Source: Camelus dromedarius
Taxonomy: Eukaryota
Direction of reading: 5' to 3'
NCBI RefSeq assembly: GCF_036321535.1
Contig: NC_087437.1
Location: forward strand, 82,152,001-82,216,000
DNA length: 64,000 bases
Below are positions 25,101-40,090 of the stretch, piece after piece. The notes beneath the pieces were generated by a model, which saw nothing but the letters and a program-made list of their open reading frames with translations, had not been told where the DNA came from and searched no databases. Made by a program: the position numbers and the translations under genes. Within the stretch, counting starts at the first letter, position 1. The number at the start of each line of letters is the position of its first letter.

Positions 25101-28100
25101 TGTCTAGTATTTGGTGTCTTTGACATCTGAACATTGTCAAGGATTAATCTTGACTTACAGAGTTCAGCTGAAAGCAAATTCCAGGCAGGTTTCTACCTCA
25201 ACCACCCTAGGCTGATAGGTATCTCTCTTCCCTTAAATATATCCAGATAGAGTATTGAAAAACTGCCCCAGGAATCATTTCCAGGGTTTATAAAACCCTC
25301 ACTGCGAATAAGATCTTTCCATCTGACTTAAATTCCTTTGGTTGTAATTTAAATTCGTTTCCTCTTCTTTCCTCATTAGTGAGGAGTGTACTACCCCCAA
25401 TAGCTATTCTGAATACAGCTGTTAAACACACCTCAGGCTTCTTTCTTTCCTGGACACAAAGCACTTCTATTTCAGATGTCATCTATTTATACTTTTCTTT
25501 TTTAAAAACTCTGACTTCTGGTCTTTTCTCAAGAGAAGATAATCTTCTAAAATCCCTTAAAATTGTGAATTTCCATAATTGATTTCACAAGGTTCATTCT
25601 ATAAACATTGACATTTCAAGATATCCCATTTCTCTAGTTCCAATCAAATCTTATTTATTAGATCCTAAAAATCTAAAAGGAAATTGGAATTTATATTTTA
25701 TACTTTCTTGGAATGGGTGAGATGATAGTCTCAATCTGTTAATAGACTGTTAATCCAGAGGCAGGAATTTACCTCTAGATGTCAAACTGGGGGAAATGTC
25801 TTATTTTTCACAACTATAAAGTGAGAAGAAGGACAAAAGAATTTTAAGGCTTTATGTACCTTTAATGTTCAACAATTCCATGTCTAAGTTCTCAGTAGTC
25901 CTTTGGCCAGAAAGAGCAGGTATTTTCCCTTAACTACCACTATTCTTATGCACAATGGTCAATGTGTGTCATCCTATCACCGATTTCTCAAACAAGAAAC
26001 TGTAAATTCTATGAAACTTTTTTTTTAAGGTATAGCTTACATATTTTAATTTAAGTCCCCTTGGGTACCTATTTCTGGTTATATGACACATTCATGACAA
26101 AAGGTATGGGTTTTTGTGTATGCTAAATCATTTTTCAGTTTATTAATTGCCTGAATGTTTTCTCAAAGCCACTCATATAATATATGAGTGTTTTCATTAA
26201 GTAGCTTTCAATCCACTGGAAAGGACTCTGTAATGCCATCTTCTTTATCCACATGGATATGTTTCCCATCTTTCATGCCCTGAGGTCTTTTTATGATGAC
26301 ACATAGGGTTCTCTTTAAAAGGCAATTCCTTTATTTCAAACACTAAAGTAGCATGGAATTTTTTTAAAATTTACATTATTGAAAGAATTTTCAAAAGTAG
26401 GGCATTGAAAAAAGTCCATGGCAGAAATATTTTGGGGGTGGATCTCTTTCTCCAAGTGGTTATATATTGAGTGATCAATTTTCACTTCATTTCCTTTTAA
26501 ACTTCCACTGAACTTTGAATTAAGCATTCAACGGCACATCAGGGTTAGCCACAGCACCTCCCTCACTTAAGAAACCCAGCGCCTGCTGAAATATTCTCAT
26601 GGATTTTATAAGCATGGTGGATACTTTCTTCTGCCCTTTCATATTTTCATGCACTAGCCTGGTTTCCCCTTTCCTGACTTGAAAAATGTTCTTTGTCAAA
26701 CCTCATGACTAATTAAACAAGGACAGTCTGAATTTCATCATACTCCAGATATCCAAATGGGATGAAAGTTGTATAAGCTTGAGCCATGCTGCTGCTTTAC
26801 CAGCTTGTCACTAATTTATTTTCTCCCTCAAACAACAAATCTACTTGGAGTTTAAGCCATTTCCTTTGCCCACTGTGGGCATCACCAGGCCCCTCTCTCT
26901 TCCTTTCAGCCCTGTCCACCTAGGCTGCAGTGAGGCTCTCGTACCACCTGAGCACAAAGCAAGTGCTCTGGACTCAGTGGCTGGCTGACTGGACGGCTTA
27001 GCAATCAGCTGGTGTTTCTAGTGGTTCTCGGCATGTTTTTGCCATCTGGCACCATAGAACTCCCATTGCATGTCTGTGAATAACATTTGCACTTTTGGGC
27101 CAGTGGGCGTGCCTCCTGGCTTGGTGTGGGAATTGACTGTGAGCAGGGGATGGCGTGCCTATGCTCCCCTCTCTTTAGTGCTACCCCCTAATTCAGAATG
27201 GCTCTGAGAGTGCTCTCCGCCATGCCTTCCATCTTTTCTTCCCTTTCTTTTCATCTAGTTCCCCACTCTTCCCCTCCTGCCCCTTGCTTGCCTGTCTTTC
27301 TCTTCCCTTATTCCTCTCGTCACACTGAAACAAAGCAGTGAGGGAAAACTGGGGCTAAGAGCATCACCATGGAACTCTTTCCCCCTATTTGTTTTGGTTC
27401 TCTGAAATTCCTCACCATCCTTCTAAGGTCTTGACTTAAATAATCTGCCCCTCTCCCCAGTTTTCATTTTGAAAGCAAAGACTGCCTTTTCTTAGCTCAT
27501 AGTCCAGTACTTAGTTCTGGGTTTTGAACATAGCCTGTTTTTTAATTTTCTTAATACAGTAACCACTAAGGAGCTCATTCTGCAGTGATAAACCAATTCA
27601 CATATGGCTCAGAGTGATAGAAAAGATTGTTTGAATTTAAGTTTTCTCTAGTAATTATGCCAAATTACGTGACAAATTTATACGAAAGGCTGATTTTTGG
27701 TGAATACAATTCCCTTGAAATTTCCTCCTGAAGATCTGCATATCATTATTATCCTTATGTGCTGATACCACCTTGAATTCCAGAAAGAAAAATTCAGGTT
27801 AGCTGAGGGACCATCTAGGAAATCCAGAGTAATACAGTATATGTGCATAGTAAAAAACTGGCATTAAGAACATGTTAAATGGAAGGTAAATAGGATTCTG
27901 GAACTTTTTGTTCCACATCTTGCCACTTATCTCCTTCCCTGAAAATTCTCCACCTGTCATGTAATATTAGAAAATCATATGATATACTCGTTCTGAGGCT
28001 GGGTCAGCCATGTACAAAAAGTTAACTTGCCTTTTTTGCTATAACCTTAGCACAGAGAGATTGGTACATACGGTATTGAGGAGAGAGCCAAGTGAGACGT

Positions 28101-29254
28101 TCTACAGCAAAGTAACAGATCCCATTGGATCTACTCTTGATAAGAATTGTCTACCCTCAGACTTTTGGTTCAGGAGATTCAAGATAGCTTTGGTCTTGGA
28201 GACCACTGCCGCAGAGATGGTCAAAAATAGGCCTGGATCTGAAAACCGTAAGTGGTTATAATTCGAGCAATGTGGGCTCACAGATGTGTAAATAGGCAAA
28301 TGAACACCAAAGGCAATGTTGCTAAAAGCAAATGTTAGAACTCTTAGAACCTAGTGAGATGGAAGAAGCCACCAGTCATCATTCTAAAGCCATTTAAATG
28401 ACCCCCTTGCCATTAGGGTCGTTCACATCACTGGTACTGCACTTAGAGCGCTATTGACCTCTGAGGCTCCCTCTTTCCCCCCTCACTTCATCTATGCTAA
28501 ACTACACACAGTAAAAGGAAGTGCCCACAACCTCTCGCCTGCCAGATTTGCCATATTCAGTGACTTCTAATTTGCAGGTTAACAGATCCTTCATAGCTCA
28601 GTCTGAATGTCATTTCATCCAGAAAGACTTGTTTCCTTGAGTTTCCCAAATGCCCTGTCCTGTCTTATCAGAGTGGTCACCCTGTATAAGAATTGCTTGT
28701 TGGCTTCTCTGCTTTTCCTGCATGGCCCCCCTCCCTCTGCACCAGACCTGAAGGTTGGGACATTGTCTTGCTCACTATTATATTCTGGGTGCCTGACACA
28801 TTGTAAGGCTGTGATGAGGAGTTAGTGAAACCATTCATTCATTCAACAGTCATTTATTCCATGCCTATGTGGGCTAGGAACTCCTCTTGGTGTTTGAAGC
28901 ATATTGGTGAATATACTCACAAATTTTTACAAAATTTATATCTGCTAAAATATATATAAACTATTCAGCACAGTTCGTGACTTATTATAAGAACTTAATA
29001 ATGATAATACTAGCAATGATAAATAGCTAACATTGAGTGAATGCTTACAGTGGGCTGCATATTTACAGTTTTTTAATGCAGTATCTCATTGTAATCCTTA
29101 CAATAAATCTCTGAGTTAGTTCTATTATTTTTCCTACTTATAGGTGTGGAAAGTAAGACAGAGAAATATTAAGCAACTTGCCCACACAGTTACCAAGTTA
29201 TGAACCCAGAATTCAAACCTGGATGGACTTTTGAATCTGGACTCTTAACTTTTT

Positions 29255-29334
29255 TTTAAAACATTTTTTAAGATTGAAGTATAGTTGATTTATAATGTAT
29301 TAATTTCTGGTGTACAGCATAGTGATTCAGTTAT

Positions 29335-29373
<39 letters not shown>

Positions 29374-29448
29374 CCATTACAGTTTACTACAAACTGTTGA
29401 ATATAGTTCCCTATGCTATAGGGACCTTGTAGGTAGGACATTGTTATT
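29255..29448 (-). mobile_element. Short cetartiodactyl-type L1 3' end inserted at the end of a MIR (about 29020-29250)
   Basis: attgaagtatagttgattt..gtgtacagcatagtgattcag..gaatatagttccct, with TSD-like tgga(c/t)tcttaactttt on both sides. Confidence 0.75.
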
Positions 29449-30879
29449 TGGATTCTTAACTTTTTAATTATGTTTATTTAATACTTCATATTTTGTCATT
29501 GTGATCATTTTTGCTATTGTCGTGGTGCACTTAATAAATACATGCTAAAGGAAAAGAAGCTAGGATAAGAAATCTTTTCCTAAGACATGCCCATATCACT
29601 TCATGCTTATGTGGAAGCTGAAGCATTCTGGTACAAGTAAGTATGCAGTTGATTTTTTTAAACTAATTTTGGCTCGTAGAGTTTCATCTTTCATCACATG
29701 AATTCAATAGAACTTTTCTTACCCCAGAAAAAAAGATTCACTTCTAAGAGCAGACTTACTGCCAGAAATTGATGCTGCAGAAGTGAAGACCTAATTTAAA
29801 AACAGCTATCAGCCACCTGGGATGTCTCAAGTGGATTTTCTCTACATTTCAAAGAAAAGATTGTAGGATGGGACTAGAAGCAGCCTACCTGCCATCCTTT
29901 CCTGCCCTCCCCAGTTAATTCTAGTTAGTTCAAAACATCAGTCAAACTAACGTTAAGTTTTTGTATTAGCTTTGTGGAGTCTCAGAAGTTAATCGAGAAT
30001 GGTTAAAGAAACAAGACAATGTTCTCTTTTCCACCCCGCTGCCCAGTCAACTGAGTGTGAACTGAATACCTGCTCTGAGTGCCTCCATCACACCGTTCTG
30101 CTCCACTGTGATTTGAAAGCCTAAAGCCGTGATACTTGTCTTCAAGGGGCCATAAATCTAATTGGGAAGATGAAATGTACATAAGAAACAATGGGGAGAA
30201 CACTATACCAGTAATAAATGTGTTCTCTGCTTGTGGACTAGCCTTGTGGGCTGTGGGAGTTCAGAAGAAAGGAATATTCATGAGGTCAGACAAGTGAGGG
30301 AAGATAGAACACTAGGTCTTGCAGAGTGAATAGGAGTTGCATAAATATAAAGGAGAGGGAGATCATTTTGCATAAGGGGAAGATTTGTCAGTGGAATAAA
30401 CATTTGTGGGATCATAAATAGACTGGTCTTGCTAGAAGAGAAGAAACATTTTGGAGATTGAAGCAATATGTATCCATGTAGTGAAGGGTATCCTTGAATA
30501 ATACATAGAGCAATAATCAAATATTTAGAGCTAGGTGAGCTTATAGAGAATATTTGTATTGGGCGATTTCATCCACAAAAAATGATCTATCCCAAATTTA
30601 TCGCTGGTAATACTGGGCAAGCCAAGCTCTCTGAAAGACTGATATTAGTTAAAAAGTATCAGAGATGGTTATCTCTGGAGTAGAAGAGGTTTTAGGTTAT
30701 AAACCTAATTGGGACTTGGCCCTCTTCTGATGTCAGCTCATCATTAAGTTGCATGACCTTGTGAAAGCCACTTGTTTTAGTTAGGACTCAGTTTTCACAT
30801 CTGTAAATAATAGTTTGACCATATGATTTCCAATGATACTTTAAGCTGTAAGACTTGTGACTTTATGATTTAAAAAGAA

Positions 30880-30958
30880 ATTTTTTTTATTATTGAAATA
30901 TAGTCAGTTTACAATGTGTTAATTTCTGGTGTACAGCATAGTGATTCAGTTACACATT

Positions 30959-31004
<46 letters not shown>

Positions 31005-31100
31005 CACTTTTTCATTATAGGCTACTACAAGGTACTGAATATAGTTCCCTGTGTTATATGGTAAGACCTTGCTGTTTATCTATTTTATACATAGTAATTT
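30880..31100 (-). mobile_element. Short L1 3' end with a (TG)n tract
   Basis: Same family text as the element at 29255; (TG)n at 30963-31000. Confidence 0.75.
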
Positions 31101-34100
31101 TTGCATCCACATGATCTTTTATGATGGATAAACTAGGGTAGATTTTTCAGACTAAACTCAACTAACAGCCTGAATGTCTCTGAAATGGATTGTTTTAAGA
31201 GGTATGTCATGCCTTTGTGTGGCCATGAACAGTCCAGTCACGAGATCAAAGATTTTAAGGCTGAAATAAGCCTTGCCAGGGATAGGCTGAAATGGAAAAT
31301 AGTGTTCAGTCAGTTCCTTCCCACCTTTATATAAGTGGAGTGATGGTAATGAATAATATATGCTATTTACTGAATGCTTGCTTTGTGCCAAGAACATTAC
31401 ATGATACATGTATCATTTATATAATAGCACTTCATGTAAATAGTATCTTCTGTTTATTATGCAAAACAGAGATTTGATGGCCTTCCCAGAGTTACCTGAC
31501 TTACCAGTAGCAATACTGAGATTCAGTTCCAGGGCTGTCCACACACAAATCTGTGCATTTTTTACTAGTAATCTTTCCTTGTTCAGTGAAGGATTCAGGG
31601 GCATACACTGGCATACATTACTAAAACCCAACATAGGTCCTGGTTCCATATATAGCTGGGAAAAGTTGGAGCGCATAGGAAAGTTGAAAGAATCAGGCCC
31701 CTTAGAAATAATTAGGATTTTGAATTCCCTATTATGTTTAGGCCAGAGAGTCAAATACCATGGATGGAATTTAAAAGGGACTGAACAATCTTATGACTAA
31801 TAATAGCATTTGTAGTCATGAGGATTGAGACAAAAAAGAAGCAAACAATAAGCTTTAAGGTCAAACATTCAGCACCAAGGGGTTAGCAAAACACTTTTTT
31901 TCCTAAATTCAAATGTCATGCAAAGAAACGCTGAGCACTGACTGCATTGTGACTTGTGCCATTGAGAGGGCTTCTGGTGGGGGGAGGTGAGTCATCTGGT
32001 GTGACAGAAAGGCAACCTACTTACTACATTTTCTGTCTGGGTTTCTATTTTTTCCAGCATTGTTGACAAGATATGCTGATTGAAATGCTTATTATTTAAT
32101 AAGCTTTCTTCTTGCGGCACATTTTAGAGCGTGCATATAAAAACTCCACTGTCAGTATTATTAAAAGGATCAATGCATTATTTTCATGGAGTTAATAAAT
32201 TTGCATTTTGGTTCTAATGATTCTGATGGAATGTTTGTCTTAGAAGTAATTTTTTCCAGTGAAATTCCCTCGGTGCTTATTCAAGAGGCTGGTCTGATAG
32301 ATAAACTTTCAACAGGCTAAAGGAATTCAGATGAACAGGGTGCTTCCCAACCAACATGAGAATCCTTATGCTCAGGGAAATATTTTGCATGTGTTCATGC
32401 ACCAACCAGTTGTAGTTAATAAGTCTACTAAGAGAATTATTACCCTACTCTATACCAGGTTACTTCTGGCCCTATAGTTATCAACCTATGTATGCCAGGG
32501 TATGGTAAACTGACATCTGACACACTAGGTTTAATTCAGATGCCAAAGGGTATCACGGTGTAATAAGTTTGCTGATTGCAAATTCTTCCATGTTTAGATG
32601 AAAGAGGTTATACTAGTATAAAGTCTTCTTATTTTAATAAAGGCAATCTGAGAAGTGCCCTAGAGTGAATGCATTAGACTTTTTAAATTCTCTCTCATAG
32701 ACTCCTTGAAATATGGAAATACAATAGACTATTCAGAGAAGCAATCTCCAGGAGTCCACTAATCTTTGCAGATGATTCTAGAGAGTCAATATTTTAGGTC
32801 CCCACCCTAACCCTATTTTCAGCATTCCCATTTTCTAATGACTTAATCAAGTTACTCGTTTCAAGGAGCAAAGGATGACTGCAAAATCAGAATGCAAGCC
32901 TTTGTTCATTCTTTCATTTTCTCAGATCCTGAAAATTATTTTCTCTTTGCTAACTGTTTACATATCTCTGGTTCCAACAAATTTTTGCTTGCTTTGAGAT
33001 AGATGAAGAAAAGGGTTGCATTGGAAAGCTGTCATTACATATGCCAAGGGCCAAAAGCATGAATAGCCTCTTGTATCTCAAGAAAACACGGAATCAAATA
33101 AAGAACAATTAACAGGACTCATTCTACCTCCTGGATTAGGATTATTCATAGGCAGCCAGTCTCAGAAAATGGCACTACCACCTACCCAATGGCTTAAGCC
33201 CAGTACTTCACAGTCATTCTTGATTCTCCTCTGTATCTTATTTCTTAGTATCTAAAACCATCGTAAGACTTGTCAGCTCTATCTTTAAAAGGATCACTGA
33301 AATATTCACCTCTCACTGTCTCCACTACTAGTCTAAGCCACCATCTCTCATTTGTTTGCTCTAACAATCTCTTAAATGTTCTCCCTGTGAGCACTCTTGA
33401 ACTTTGTCTGTCTTGTTCTTTGCTGTACTCCCAGAGGCAAAAATCATGCTCAAGTATTTGTTGAATAAATGAATGAATGGATGGATGGTTGGAGACGTGG
33501 ATGATGGATGGATGGATGGAAACAGATCCCTGGGACTATTGCTAGTAAACATAAAGGGAGCTGCATACAGGTGGCCATTAGGATGCAGAAGTGTATTTAA
33601 GTTGTAATAGCCCCAGAACAAAGGTCAGTTTCTCAGATAAATTCCATTTCATTGTTATGTCTGTGGAAATTTTAGGAATCACTAGACACCTACATCAAGA
33701 GCTCCATGAGTCAGTCATCTGTTTCCTGAGAATCTGGAAAGTTTATGGGATTGAGTTTAGAAACTGCTTCCTTCTAGCCAGCTGGTCCTAAATGCTTTAC
33801 TTTCCTGGTGAAGGGTGCCCTTGGGGGAAAAAGAATGTCATTTTACACTGAGGTGGGTCAAGCTTTAGGAAGTCCTTTAGGAAGCACTAAGTTGAAAACA
33901 GATGGTCTGGATACAAAAAAAGACAGAGCTACTTGCATTACAACCGCAATTGTGTGGTGGTGGTCTCTGGCTCACTAGCCGAAAATAGATGTGTTTTCAG
34001 ACGTGTCCAGGGAGAGATATATGTCAGGGGCTCTCAGTTAAAATGTGAAAGTCTGAATTTGTCATCCAAATGTATTATGGTTAGACTCCCAGTTGGATGT

Positions 34101-34879
34101 GTTTTCCATTTGCCTCATTTTAAGTGTTAACCTGGAGATACATCCAGGCCATCCGTTTCTCCTCCCCCCTCATCAGAGCCACAAGCTCCCAGCATTCTTA
34201 TTTTTATACAGGAAACCAAATTGAATAAAACAGCTTCTCTCCATAAGACAAATCCTCTAGTGGCCAGTCTGGGGCAAGTTGTCTCCTCCTGTGCAGCTAT
34301 ACCCTTTGTCTTTCAATAGAACGCTGTTAACATTTGTTTTAATAGTATTTTCTTCACAAATCCTCTCCCAGAGCCTGTAATATGCTTAAACGGTAAGTCA
34401 AGCAATTACAGTGGCAACTTTATTCAAACACCACCAATGCTCCTCGAGGGAGGGATTAAATAGGGCTTCTGGGCAGTCGTCTGGCAAGGTGCTTAGCTCA
34501 CGAGAAGTTGCCCAGTGCCTAGGATCAGCAACTGCAGGAATGCTTTGGAGAGAAGGCACTGAAGGTCTTAGGCAGGATGCAGGTAACTTTGCTGTAAGAG
34601 TTCCTAGCCTTATTCCATAGGAGCTTGTGGATTCTGTGTTAGGAGGTGCTAAACCAATTGCCATTTAACAAGCGTCAGCTTTACTGGTTTCTCTCTTCCT
34701 TAGTCTGTTTCTTGGGGGAGCATCTGGCATCTAGCAAGTTCCTGGGATAGCAAACAAAGAAGAAATAGGCGCTGTTCTAATTCCATCTTAAAAGCTTCAA
34801 TAGGCTGTTCATGGAGTATGAGAAGACTTTGAGTGGTGGAAAGTGAACTGATCACTCTTGGTTGAGTTTGATGTACCTT

Positions 34880-35090
34880 GTGATATTCCTTCTGGCTCTC
34901 TCCTTACTGTCTGTGTCAACTTGGGCAAGTTACCTGAATTTCTCTGTTCCTCAGCTTCCTTATCTATAAAATGGGGACAATATGAAGAAGAAGTAACTTT
35001 CAAGGCTGTAATTGGAGTTAACTGAAATAACGTCTGCAAAGCGCATGGCAGAGGCCTGGAACAAAACAAGGGCTCTATGAATGGTAGCTG
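34880..35090 (+). mobile_element. MIR
   Basis: ttgggcaagttacctg..ctataaaatgggg.. Confidence 0.8.
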
Positions 35091-38000
35091 CTATGATCAG
35101 AGTTTTTATTTCTATTTCCTCCCTTGTTCACATTGGACAAGTTGTCCTCAGTATCACTAGGACTTTTCTTTCTCAACGTTTGAGCCACAGAGGCATCCAA
35201 AATCTCCTTTTGGGGTGACCAATATTGGTGTCCCAGTTTGCATGGAAGGAGGGGTTTCTGGAGATGTTGAACGTTCAGGGTCAAAACCAGGAGAGACCTG
35301 GGCAAACTGAGTTGGGGAATCACTCTACCTTTGGAAAGAACCCAGTTCTGTGAGGTCTTCCTTAGACTAGGCAGTCCTTCAAAAAAAAACTCACTTCCGA
35401 TGCTCTTTGAAATCCACCTTGTTTCTGGAAAATCTTGAAATCTTTTCCCTTACATCATCTCTGCAGACATGGGGCAAAAGGCAGTGCAGTGTTTCCCATG
35501 CCAAGGAGAGCTGTGTTCTCTAGGCATCTTCAGCTGCCTGGTTTTCAATTAAAGTCTTATAAATCATGGACCCGGATGTCCGGCAGGCTGGGAGGTGGAC
35601 CACAGAAGGGAATCAGGATAAACTGAAATGACTTTTGCCATTGGCTGGGCCAGTACCTTGCCAAGCAGTTTTTCCCTCAATTTTAAACAGAGCAGTGTTA
35701 CAAGAGAAGTGTACTCCATATGTTGGTCATGCCTTTACCCTCAATTCACAAAAATGCCATCTTGTTAGAGAAGTAGAGTTTCCAGGAATAGTTTGGGATC
35801 TTTTTCCTCCAAGAAAGTACCAGTTGACTAGTCACAAATAACTTAGTTTTTCTTCATGGTTGGTGGTGGGGTTAACAAGATCTGATTTTGGTTTTGGCCC
35901 CAAATGGTCCTAAGTGCATCCTCTCCTAACCTTTTAAATTTTCTCATTCCAAAGTACAACTTTGTCCCTTTCCAAAGTATAGATTTTGTATTTTGTTCAA
36001 TTCCAAATTTACATGAATTTAACAGAGGTCAACAAAAATCTGACAAGCTCAAGTATTTTTATTAGTGGAAAGAAAAGCTGCTAACTGAGAATATTACTTC
36101 TATTTATTGATAGCATCAAAAAAAGTTTTTTTGAACCAGCCTCAGTTTGGAGACATAAATCATCATTAGGGAGATAGACGGGTAGAAAATATTATCCCTA
36201 CTTTGCTGATTTTTTCCTTAAACACATTCTGTTAAAAAAGAACATGCTACTTAGCTTAGTCTTATAATTCTCTCTATCCCATATTCTCTCCCTCTACTTG
36301 AAATAAAATTCACCTGTTTTTTCATGACCCCATCAATTGCCTCTAACCTCTGATGTGGTTCAGTTTGTCAGTGGTCTAGAACCAGACAGGCCTGAAGTTC
36401 TCTGCCATTTATCAGTCAGGGGCGCCACCCCCACCTCCCCCAGGTATTAGGTCACCTCATTTGTTTGTCTGGTGAGAACTGGCTTCCTTCTCTGAGCCTG
36501 GAAGCCAGATTGGTTCAATACCAGAATAGGAACCTGGAACTGACATTGGTTTTGCAGATGTGCAAAAAAATCCCAGGAGTTTTGAAAAAAGAAAGAAAAG
36601 GGGGAAGGGTTTTGAGAAGAGAAGAGAGAGGGTTTTCAGAAGGCTGAAAACAAAACAATTAATCATATGATGACTATTACACTTGTTGCTATTAAAGTGA
36701 CTCACTTCCCCGCATTTTCAGACCATAATTCAATTCCATTTTTATGTAACTACTGAAGAACCATCACAGTTTTCTCTTTGCTTTCTCTCTTTTTGTTATT
36801 GTTGTTTTTCTCAAAGTCCGAAGGCTAAACCAATTGCTCTCACTCCTAAACCAGAAAAGGCAGTGATTTCATATGTGAGATAATGAATTGAAAAAGCAAT
36901 GCCTGATCACTGTAAAGATTTGCAATTGGAAAAAAATAAGTCCAGAAAAGAGTCTTATAATTTTCATAATAATTTGCCCAGGGCAGCCAGACTTTCTTGG
37001 GACCCTCCCCTTCATCATTTCTGGTTTGAGGACACATTTGGTACCCACATAGAGTTCCAAAAGGGTGAATTTCATCTCCTAGTTAAAGCTCTGGAGTGGG
37101 GCCAGAAATTACATAAGAAGATACAGTATTTTTTTCTACCTCACATTTGCCCAGTTCATTAAGAATTATGACGTAATAGCAGAAGTTTCCAGATTTTAAC
37201 AGCACAGGCAGCATGGGCCCTGAATACATACAGCCCAGATGTTAACTTCACCACTTGCCATTTGTGAGATTGTGGGCTAGTTACTTACTGTCTCTAACTC
37301 TGTCATCTCACATATAAAACAGGAATAATAATAATAATGATAATAATACCCATGCCTGGTACAAATGTCATCATACCTGTGCAGGGCACAGACATTACTG
37401 TTGGAAGTCAATGGACTGACCACTCCTCCTGACAGTAACTGACCATGTGGATTAAACTCTTGAAAGGTCAGTGAAAACCTCTTCCTTTATACTTGCGTTT
37501 CCTCGGCTTCAGTTCATTTAGTGCTTTTTGGAATTTGTTTATGGGGCACAGAAAATGTAATTTAGTTTAACAACATCCCTTTTATTTGGACATAACTGGA
37601 GTCCTTAAAATAGGTATAATTTTGTTATTTTTCTGTATTAAATACTTCTATTGGTGCCTGGAGAATACATGGAGATAACAGAGCTGTTTTATTTTATGAA
37701 CTGTGACTTTCCCCCTCATAACCTGGTCCTCCCCCATGCAGGCCACTGTTCTTTGGGTGAGGTAAGGACAGAGAATATTTGGGGAGTAGCCCAACTGAAG
37801 TCTGGGAAGTATCCCAGTTTCATAGATGACAGTGCTTAGCTCTGGGATTCCTAGGTCATCTTTTTTCTTTTTTCTTTTTTTTCAGTTTAACAAATAACCC
37901 AGAATTTTCTGTCTGAATATAACCTTTTTAGTGAGTTAAATAGTCAAGCTCTCCTCACACATGAGAAGGGAGCTGGGTGTGTGATTAAAAGGGATGTATT

Positions 38001-39859
38001 TTCTTATGTACCACTGTTTTTCTTCAGTTGAATTTTGATATAAAAATTCTCTGTGTTTTAAGCTTTATTCTTGAAAATCTTTCAAAAAATATTACAACAA
38101 AAGACTCATCTTCTGGGCATAATTAATTATTAACCACCACCAATACCTCTGTTTCTATTCAGTACATTCACAGAATTCACACAGGTCAAAAAGATGGCTG
38201 CAAGGTCAGATTCAATATGGAAAGACACACGAGCATTCTGTGGGTTCTGGGTTTTGACTAAATTCTTCATATACACTTGTTTTAATTGCTTTACCACTTT
38301 CTGTTAAAAATGGAAATAGATTAACTCCAGAAATTGAGGCTTCTTTAAAAAAATGATTCTGAAAAATTGATTTGTTTCAGTTCAGTTCAATAAATATTTA
38401 ATGAGCACCTCCTATAAGCTCTAAAGTGCCAAGGCCTTAAAACTCAGCTATGTCCCTGACCTGATGAATATCATGAGCTGATATAGAGAAGAGATATTAA
38501 ACAAGTCACTTACCACTATCATGAGGGTGTGGACAGGGGCTATGGGAGGATAGAGCATTGAATTAACCAGCATAGAGCTAGGTTTCAAACTTTCAGGTGC
38601 ATAGGAATCTCCTGGGACTTTGTAACAATGCAGTTTTCTAGGCTCTAATCGTTATGATGCAGGTGGTCCACAGGGCACACTTTGAAAACACTCATGTAGT
38701 GGGTCAGGAAAGGCTGCCTTCAGAATTGAAGCTCAAACAAGGTTTTAAGGATGAGAGTTGCCTTTCTAGCTGATGGTTGGATGAAGAGCTGTCCAGGCAG
38801 ACAAAAGCAGAAAAGAAATGTGTTAGGGATGGAGCAAAGGGAACATAAAATGAGGCGCCACGTTCCTCTGGGGGCCCTAAACCTGGTGGGTGAAAGGAAA
38901 GATTCCTAGTTCCCTCACTCCCATGTGTTGGTCAGACGAAAGTAACGTTTCCTTGGGGTTGCATTCTCAGGTGAGCATATGGAAAGCAAGACCCAGTTTA
39001 CCAGGCAATACTTCCTAATACCAATAGAGGGGAAAAAAAAAACAGAGAGAAAGGAAAGGAAAGTATGCACCCCGGGTCTGATTTCACCCTCAGACTGTTC
39101 TCACTACTGAAAACGGAGTGGTTGGAAAATGTCTTCCTAAGCAGAATTTGGTGGTATAATTAGAAAATTATCTCTTCCTAGAACATTCTGTGAAATTCTG
39201 CCGTGAGGTGTCAACAGGTCTTTGTGCTGCTCTCTCCAGCAGAGATCGACTGACATGTAAAACACCACGGAGTTCCAAAAAAGCCACTGTAAAATCTCAA
39301 GTATGTGGAAGGAGTGTGGTGTGCTTGCCAGTATGGTTTTTCCAAAAAAGAAAAATTCTACAGAGATCAAAGATGGGCGGAGGAAGTAGGCTCTAGCTTC
39401 AGGCGGAAGGTTTTATCATCAGAATAATTCAAGCTGGTGATTTTCTGGTGAGACAAGTCAACGGGCCAAGTGAGAGGAGCGAATGTCTGAACTTTGGACG
39501 GGAGGCTGAGGAACGGAGACGCGGCGATGAAGGAGAAATGAGGAATTAGGGACAGCCACTCCTCCCGAGTTATGTTCCCGACCACAGACTGTCTGTCTTG
39601 AGGCCTCTGGCATCCTTTTAGTTTCCAGTTCTGGGACGGAACTTGCTCAGTGCTGCGTCAGATTCCTGCTCACCACACATCGCCAGCAGCCTTGTCTTTG
39701 AGAAAGGTTGGGAGGATGTAAGGGCGGCAAATAACACTCCAGAGTTTTCCCTTAACATTTTTTTTTCTTAAAGGGAAAGGAAGTCAGGATAACCCAAGGA
39801 GAAAAGAAGTCGGAAATGGTGAAGGATGAGGTGAGGTGGATGCTGGGGTTCATAGATTA

Positions 39860-40090
39860 GAGAGCAGCTCTGGAGTGAGAACCTTAGTGTTCAAATCCTG
39901 CCGGCACCACTTACTGGCTCTGTGGTTTGGGGAGATCACCTAACCTGTGATCTGTGCCTCAGTTTCCACATCTGCAAAACAGGCAGCAGTATCTACCTCA
40001 GGGTTGTTGGGAGGATTAAATAAATGAAATGTAAAGCTCTTGAAGCAGTATCTGCACTTAGGAAGGGCTTAGTAAATGTTAACTATTATT
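39860..40090 (+). mobile_element. MIR
   Basis: gttcaaatcctg..cctcagtttccacatctgcaaaa..gaggattaaat. Confidence 0.8.

Noticed and set aside
28161..28247. Plus-strand exon-like segment (ctaccctcag..gtaagt)
   Set aside because: It is isolated, with no homology or partner exons, so it cannot be supported without RNA data.
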